Part shown: piece after piece, positions 9,047 to 14,086 of the stretch
Layout: every line of letters begins with the position of its first letter
Position numbering within the stretch: position 1 is the stretch's first letter
Assembly: GCA_043814095.1 (NCBI GenBank)
Contig: JBDRKI010000081.1
Span: 1-14,086 of the forward strand
Reading direction: 5' to 3'
Length of the DNA stretch: 14,086 nt
From: Armatimonadota bacterium
Lineage (GTDB): Bacteria; Vulcanimicrobiota; JACPDS01; JBDRKI01
Program-made: the position numbers and the translations under genes
The notes under the pieces: generated by a model
Databases searched by the model: none
What the model saw: only the letters and a program-made list of their open reading frames with translations
Told to the model about the DNA's origin: nothing

Positions 9047-9075
9047 TTTTCAAGAAAAATATGTTTAATTCCTTC
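9047..9075 (-). promoter_or_regulatory. SigmaH-like promoter motif facing the PilX-like gene
   Basis: The minus strand reads GAAGGAATT-12 nt-CTTGAAAA, similar to the Bacillus sigmaH consensus RNAGGAWWW-N11/12-RNNGAAT. Confidence 0.45.
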
Positions 9076-9104
9076 AGGAAATCCAGGAAAAGATAGGTTT
9101 CTCT

Positions 9105-9133
9105 AAAGGAAATCTTTTAGGCGTTATAGAAAT
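9105..9133 (+). promoter_or_regulatory. SigmaH-like promoter motif facing the PilV/PilW-like genes
   Basis: AAAGGAAAT-12 nt-ATAGAAAT, with the same spacing as the divergent copy. Confidence 0.45.
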
Positions 9134-9142
9134 AGCAGAATT

Positions 9143-9547
9143 ATGAATAATATTAAGAATAAGAAAAGGCGCGGGGCTTTAATACTGGCGGAGATTGTCA
9201 TATCTCTCGGCATCCTTGCTGTTGTAACCCTCGGCCTTATACTGTTTACCCATACCATAATAAATTCTATATTCCATGCGGAAGAGATAACTATAGGGTC
9301 TAATATAGGGAGCTCTATACTTGAAGACTATGCGCAGAATCCCAATTTTAACTCCATAAAAAGCGCCTCTGACCTTGATTACAAAACCTCTAAAAATGAT
9401 TATAAATATGATATTGAAGTAAGTGATGTAGTTCCGAATAAGCTGAAACTTCTGAAAGTTACCTTATGGCTGAGCAAAACTCCCAGAAAATGGGGACTGG
9501 GTAAGAATTATATAGAAATGACAAGAATTATACGTAACCAGGAATAG
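9143..9547 (+). CDS. Prepilin-type small protein (PilV/GspI-like minor pilin)
   Basis: Basic leader KNKKRRG followed by hydrophobic helix ALILAEIVISLGILAVVTLGLILF. C-terminal beta strands 'YKYDIEV...LKLLKVTLW'. Confidence 0.7.
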   Translation: MNNIKNKKRRGALILAEIVISLGILAVVTLGLILFTHTIINSIFHAEEITIGSNIGSSILEDYAQNPNFNSIKSASDLDYKTSKNDYKYDIEVSDVVPNKLKLLKVTLWLSKTPRKWGLGKNYIEMTRIIRNQE

Positions 9548-9563
9548 TTATCCGGAGATTTTA

Positions 9564-10345
9564 ATGAAAAGATGTAAGAATAAAGGATTTATAGGATTAG
9601 AACTTATAATATCCATTGCTATTTTTGTTACGGCTTTCAGTATAGTATTGTATGTTATAAACAGCTCCAGAGAACAAATAAATCAAACTACTAAAGCTGT
9701 TATAGTCCAGGGAGACTTGAGAACAGCTATGAGGGATATCATAAAAAATACGGGCAATTCGACCTGGAAAAGCTTATTCCCCAGGGGATTTATTATTATG
9801 ACGGCGATTACCGCCATGCCCTTCTCATACAGTCTGCACAGCAGGAAGACGGTACGTATGATACTGATACGGACTGCAATCTTAAAGCAGCTAAATTCAT
9901 ACTATATTATATAGTGAGGCCGCCAGGGGATATATGCCAACCGGCAATAGAAAGTCCTGATACTGCTCATAATCCTGACGGGTACTGCCCGCATAAATGG
10001 CTTATCAAAAAAGAACTGCCTTTATCTGCTTTTACTTCACCCGCAAAAGACGCCGTATTTGATGTTATAAAGTCTAATCTGACAAATAATATACAGAACG
10101 ATAAAACCGCAAGAATAATATCGGAAAATGTACTGAATTTTAATATAATCCCGCCTTCTGCGGGAACAACATTCACACTTGATTATAACGGGGAGGCGCT
10201 GGAAACGGACAGTAAGGCTCTTGCCGTACAGCTTATATCTTTCAAAGACATGAAATATCTTAACAAAGCATATTTCAATGAAAACCTGCTGGATAAACCC
10301 ACAAGACTTTTTGTTCTGGATGCCCTAACCGTTCCGAGAAATTAA
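9564..10345 (+). pseudogene. PilW/GspJ-like minor pilin split by a single-base frameshift (ORFs 9564-9914 and 9914-10345)
   Basis: Canonical leader KNKG|FIGLE (Glu+5) with RBS GGAG. The downstream ORF's frame is open from 9695 (PQGIYYYDGDYRHALLIQSA...KFILYYIVRPPGD). Adding one base near 9779-9787 gives one 260-aa protein. Confidence 0.7.
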
Positions 10346-10375
10346 ATATGTGTTAATGAAAGTTGGTGTAAGTAA

Positions 10376-11275
10376 ATGTTAAATACTGAAAAATTAAAAA
10401 GTTCTCCGGAATATACAAGGAAAATTATAATATGGGGCATTCCTTTTATTATTATTATTTTATCTTTCGCTGTACTGCAATGCATATATACTCTTGGCAA
10501 TTTATATCAATATTATGCAAAAATACTGCACCCTATAAACCTTATACAGGTGGATGTTTTAACTTCTTTTACAAAAGGTTTTTTATCATTTTTTTCTTGG
10601 AATACTTTAATAATTGTTATCTTTTACTTCTGTTATCTGGGTTATATTTTAATTGTTTTTTCAAAAGAGCCCCGGGAAACTTCCAATATTACCGATAAAG
10701 AAATGTCAAATTTATCAAATAAAGTCTTTATTTTCTGTTTATCTTTGATGTTTATTGCGGGGCTATTTATTTCTTACCTGCTCGCAGAATGGGCGCTAAT
10801 TTTATATGCTGAAGAGAAACTTATTCAATCCAGGCAGATTTTTTTATCGCTTCTTGGAATTCTATTAATTATTACCGGCATAAGGGGAGTTTCACTGGCA
10901 AATCCAAAGTCCTCAAAAAAAAATATAAAGCACGGACTGCTGTCTGCAGTGAGAATACTTTTAGACACTGTTGTTATGGGAATTTTGCTTGCATGGATTC
11001 TGCCATACGATAATTTTTACTTGTATTCTGTTTTAATAAAACTTTCAACACTTAAAAACAGCTTATTTAATAATCTGCCTATACTCTTCTATTTCTGGGG
11101 TCTGGCAGTGCCTTTCATATTAATATCCTTTGTCTTTAACTGGTTATTAATTTCTTCTAAGAAAATATCAGATTATAAAGATAAGGTAACTCTTTTTGGC
11201 GGAAGGTTAATGCTAATTGCGGGAATTTCCCTGTTTCTTTATTATCTGGTGTATTTTCTGATGAATTTATTTTAA
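10376..11275 (+). CDS. Polytopic membrane protein, CcdA/DsbD-transmembrane-like, lacking the redox Cys pair
   Basis: Seven or more hydrophobic segments. 'SFTKGFLSFFSWN' aligns to CcdA 'AF.AG.LSF.SPC', 'GILLAWILPY' to 'G..F...WTPC', and 'LFYFWGLAVPFIL' and 'GGRLMLIAGI' to the CcdA C-terminal helices. Confidence 0.6.
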   Translation: MLNTEKLKSSPEYTRKIIIWGIPFIIIILSFAVLQCIYTLGNLYQYYAKILHPINLIQVDVLTSFTKGFLSFFSWNTLIIVIFYFCYLGYILIVFSKEPRETSNITDKEMSNLSNKVFIFCLSLMFIAGLFISYLLAEWALILYAEEKLIQSRQIFLSLLGILLIITGIRGVSLANPKSSKKNIKHGLLSAVRILLDTVVMGILLAWILPYDNFYLYSVLIKLSTLKNSLFNNLPILFYFWGLAVPFILISFVFNWLLISSKKISDYKDKVTLFGGRLMLIAGISLFLYYLVYFLMNLF

Positions 11276-11320
11276 TAAATTAACAAATCTTTTCCATTAG
11301 TTCTTAAATGACAAGTAATT

Positions 11321-11362
11321 TGTGACATGCTAAGAATGTGACATTTCTAAATTGGCTTGACA
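11321..11362. mobile_element. Solo IS1202/ISNCY-like terminal repeat (no transposase)
   Basis: TGTGACATGCTAAGAA-TGTGACATTTCTAAATTGGCTTGACA. On the minus strand this begins TGTCAA and has two subterminal ATGTCACA repeats, the layout recalled for IS1202-family ends. Confidence 0.5.
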
Positions 11363-11472
11363 AAATAAGTTTGCCCTATTGTGATTAATCTTAAAATGCT
11401 ATAAAATATAATTTATATTGTGGTTACAGATAATTTTTAAAATTATTCACGCATTTCATAGTGGAGGTTTAG

Positions 11473-12567
11473 ATGAAGCCATATATTCCGGATACATTAC
11501 CTTTGCAAAAACTTGATTGGTTTAAATTTGTTAATCTTATCGGGGCTTCAAACGCCGAACTTGCGCGCTATGACGGGATTCTTCAGGGAATAGTTAATCC
11601 GCAGGTATTTTTATCGCCTCTTACGACAAAAGAAGCCGTTTTGTCGTCGCGTATTGAAGGCACGCAGGCAACATTAGAAGAAGTTCTAGAATTTGAGGCG
11701 TCGCAAAAAACCGATATAACAACGGAACGCGAGAAAGATATTCAAGAGATAATCAATTACCGCAAGTCAATTCGCTTTGCCGTGGATTGGCTTGGGAAAA
11801 AACCTATAACGCTTAATTTGATAAAAGAAATTCATGGTATTTTACTTGACAGTGTCAGGGGAAAAGATAAAGGCAGGGGCAGATTCCGCGCCGTGCAGAA
11901 TTGGATTGGCATACCCGGCACCCCGATGAAACAGGCGTATTATATTCCGCCTGACCCTATGAATATTATGGAATATTTGTCAAATTTCGAAAAATACATT
12001 CATTATGATGAAAAAGACAGATTAGTTCAACTTGCGATTGTACATGCGCAATTTGAAATTATCCATCCTTTTTTAGATGGAAACGGCAGGTTGGGAAGAA
12101 TTTTAATGCCTCTTTTCCTTTATGAGAAACAACTTCTTAATTCGCCGATGTTTTATATAAGCGAATATTTTGAAGCGCATAGAGAGGAATATTACAGCCG
12201 TTTGAGAGGAATTACATCGGGTAAACAATGGGAGGAATGGATTGAATTCTTCTTAAAAGCCGTGATTGAACAATCAAAGATAAACAGTCAAAAAGCAAAA
12301 GCGATTTTAGCGCTATATAATGATAAAAAAGAGCGTCTGCAGAAAGTTACGCGTTCTCATTATATCATAAAAGTGCTTGATACGCTTTTTGCAAGACCCA
12401 TATTCAGTTCAACTGATTTTGTAGATTATTCGGGCATTCCCAAACCGACAGCTTCGAGGATTTTACAAAATTTAGAAAAAGAGAATATTATTATGATTTT
12501 TAAAAAGGGTGGCGGAAACAAGGCAAATTTATATATTTTTAAGAAATTATTACAGATTATTCAATAA
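11473..12567 (+). CDS. Fic family protein (class II) with C-terminal winged HTH
   Basis: Canonical Fic motif HPFLDGNGRLGR (12064-12099), N-terminal inhibitory motif SSRIEG (11644-11661), C-terminal 'SGIPKPTASRILQNLEKENII'. RBS GGAGG at 11463-11467. Confidence 0.93.
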   Translation: MKPYIPDTLPLQKLDWFKFVNLIGASNAELARYDGILQGIVNPQVFLSPLTTKEAVLSSRIEGTQATLEEVLEFEASQKTDITTEREKDIQEIINYRKSIRFAVDWLGKKPITLNLIKEIHGILLDSVRGKDKGRGRFRAVQNWIGIPGTPMKQAYYIPPDPMNIMEYLSNFEKYIHYDEKDRLVQLAIVHAQFEIIHPFLDGNGRLGRILMPLFLYEKQLLNSPMFYISEYFEAHREEYYSRLRGITSGKQWEEWIEFFLKAVIEQSKINSQKAKAILALYNDKKERLQKVTRSHYIIKVLDTLFARPIFSSTDFVDYSGIPKPTASRILQNLEKENIIMIFKKGGGNKANLYIFKKLLQIIQ

Positions 12568-12570
12568 TAA

Positions 12571-12673
12571 TTTGTGTATAACTTATGAGACACAAATTAT
12601 TTTGCGTCTCAAATAAGTAGATTTATGAGACGTAAAATAATTAGTGTGTATTTCATGAGACGCAAATTTTGCG
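12571..12673. repeat. Array of three inverted-repeat sites with half-site TGAGACRCAAA
   Basis: Dyads at 12571-12596 (spacer 4), 12601-12636 (spacer 14) and 12641-12666 (spacer 4), separated by 4-bp gaps. A partial half-site TTTGCG follows at 12668-12673. Confidence 0.8.
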
Positions 12674-12699
12674 GGCATACAAATGGAAAAGGATGTATC

Positions 12700-13620
12700 A
12701 TGAACGAAAAAAGAGGTTATTTTGAACTCTGCTTGTGCGGCAGTGGAAAAGTATATGAAAATTGCTGCGGCAAGAACGAGAAAACGGATTGTTCCGTGTC
12801 CGCCAATTTTCAAACGGGCACGGTTTTAGATATGTATATGCCCATATTTGAAGTAATTGCCAAATACGCGCAGGAAATCGCGCAATTTGATAAAGACGGA
12901 GAAGAATTAATAGAGGCGTGGGATAGGTTTGAAAAAAGATTTAGGCCTGGTGAAAAAAACGGCGTACCTGATAGCTTGTTCATGACATGGTTATTTTTCG
13001 ATTTTCGTTTTGGAGATACATCAGAAACGGTCTGTGAGCGTTTTATAAAGTCGTCTTATTTTGAAAAATTTGAAGAACCCGAACAAATATTGATTAAAAA
13101 TATGGCAAGCAGTTATTACGCTTTTTATGAAGCAAAAGGTTTTTTGGGGGATTGGATTTTTTGGGAAGAACTAGTTACCGGAAAAAAATGGCGTGTATTT
13201 TGTTTTGAAGAAGAAATTAAAACAAATATGATGCAGGGGGAAATTTGGTTTGCGCGATATGTTGGAACTCCACAGGAAGCTTATGAATATGGCACGCCAT
13301 TTGTTTTTCTTCCCGAATCAAAAAGCGATTTCATGGAAACGATGAAAAAACAAGAAAATCTTTTTTTAGAAATGGAATTCGGGAAAAAATTGCCTGACAA
13401 TGAAATATTTAGGGAAACTTGCAAGTTTTCAACTTATTTCTGGGCAGGATATATGATGAGCTCCAATCCTGAATTTGACGAAGATATCGCGAGAATTTCC
13501 AGCGCGCCGGCGCTTCAGGAAACTAAACCCAAATCAGCCGTGAAAAAAAAGATTCAATCTGGCGAGAAAAAAACGGCGTGCTTTACAGAAGAAGAAAGAT
13601 CAATTGATTGTCTTAACTAA
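12700..13620 (+). CDS. SEC-C metal-binding motif protein
   Basis: 'CLCGSGKVYENCC' follows ATG 12700, which has AAAGGA at 12688-12693. The longer 12625 start lies inside the repeat array. Confidence 0.75.
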   Translation: MNEKRGYFELCLCGSGKVYENCCGKNEKTDCSVSANFQTGTVLDMYMPIFEVIAKYAQEIAQFDKDGEELIEAWDRFEKRFRPGEKNGVPDSLFMTWLFFDFRFGDTSETVCERFIKSSYFEKFEEPEQILIKNMASSYYAFYEAKGFLGDWIFWEELVTGKKWRVFCFEEEIKTNMMQGEIWFARYVGTPQEAYEYGTPFVFLPESKSDFMETMKKQENLFLEMEFGKKLPDNEIFRETCKFSTYFWAGYMMSSNPEFDEDIARISSAPALQETKPKSAVKKKIQSGEKKTACFTEEERSIDCLN

Positions 13621-14086
13621 AGGATTTTGCGATAAGTATTTAAACGTGGAATATGAGCAATTAATTCAGAAATTAATAAATAAAATGGCAAGGAAGAGGA
13701 ATGTGCCTTTTATTTTTGGAAAAATTGAAATATGGGCCGCCGCCGTTATTCACGCCGCTGGCACGATTAATTTTTTATTTGATAATTCTCAAAGTTTACA
13801 TATCTCGGATAACGGAATAACAATTAAAGGATCTTATGATAAAAAGGGGCTTATTGTAAAAAATGATTCGGAAGCAATTAGATTGGCATTAAATGGTAAA
13901 TCTACTAAAGGCGAAGAAAGAGGCTATGGATTACGCACAACCCGAAATTTAATTACCGAATCGCCCCTAAACGGCGAGTTTTTGATTTTGTCCGGTCAAA
14001 GTGGTTATTATAAGGGCAAAAATAATGAATTGTTGTTTGATTTAAGTTGTAGATGGGAAGGAACAATCATATTGTTAAGGGTAAAA
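13544..14086 (+). pseudogene. Unannotated open frame: DUF6398-like N-terminal half fused to a GHKL/HATPase C-terminal half (3'-truncated by window edge)
   Basis: 181 stop-free codons in the +1 frame relative to the SEC-C ORF: LQKKKDQLIVLTKGFCDKYLNVEYEQLIQKLINKMARKRNVPFIFGKIEIWAAAVIHAAGTINFLFDNSQSLH-ISDNGITIKGSY...DSEAIRLALNGKSTKGEERGYGLRTTRNLIT...GEFLILSG...WEGTIILLRVK. Confidence 0.65.

Noticed and set aside
46-10698. Short overlapping or antisense ORFs (46-231, 362-970, 1762-2004, 1962-2228, 3618-4013, 3814-4029, 4859-5110, 5031-5273, 6451-6636, 7629-7892, 7883-8095, 8577-8783, 9967-10176, 10432-10698)
   Set aside because: All lie over well-supported genes in another frame or strand and show no motifs, so they are treated as shadow ORFs.
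11357-11362. Perfect TTGACA as the -35 of the Fic promoter
   Set aside because: There is no good -10 at 16-18 bp (TGTGAT at 17), and it is better explained as the IS-like terminus. Alternative -10 elements at 11400-11412 cannot be resolved.
12566-12603. 12-bp hairpin AATAATTTGTGT/ACACAAATTATT as a simple intrinsic terminator
   Set aside because: The stem is AT-rich with a 12-nt loop and a short U tail, and it is better explained as the first dyad of the larger array. A termination role is not excluded.
12571-12673. TGAGAC repeats as a CRISPR array
   Set aside because: Units are 11-bp half-sites in alternating orientation with 4-14 bp gaps. There are no 25-45 bp direct repeats with unique spacers and no cas genes.
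12625-12699. ORF-track start of the SEC-C protein
   Set aside because: The ATGs at 12625 and 12655 are part of ATGAGAC repeats. ATG 12700 has an RBS and places SEC-C at the N-terminus.
12583-12813. 76-aa minus-strand ORF with a signal-like stretch
   Set aside because: It is antisense to the SEC-C motif and runs through the repeat array, with no recognisable family.
13545-13607. A_AAA_AAG as a programmed -1 frameshift into the DUF6398-like frame
   Set aside because: The -1 frame stops at TGA 13605. The conserved downstream frame is +1.

Overview
AT-rich bacterial chromosomal segment (lineage not determinable from the window). From left to right it holds: (1) the end of a surface-glycan/LPS-type glycosyltransferase operon (partial GT2, GT9, GT4); (2) an internally deleted Bro-N/antirepressor-like gene remnant; (3) a minus-strand pair of a gluzincin (M4/M36-like) metallopeptidase and an HSL-family esterase; (4) a divergent control region with four TTAACA-type repeats at an exact 11-bp period, upstream of a Gly/Pro-Thr-linked beta-propeller lipoprotein; (5) a divergently split minor-pilin-like set (large PilX-like gene on the minus strand; PilV-like and frameshifted PilW-like genes on the plus strand) with matching sigmaH-like motifs facing both ways; (6) a CcdA-like membrane protein missing both catalytic Cys; (7) an accessory island that starts at a solo IS1202/ISNCY-like end and carries a class II Fic gene, a helically phased triple-dyad TGAGAC array, a SEC-C protein, and an unannotated DUF6398/GHKL-ATPase chimeric frame running off the window. 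All family assignments come from motif recognition by eye, not from database searches.
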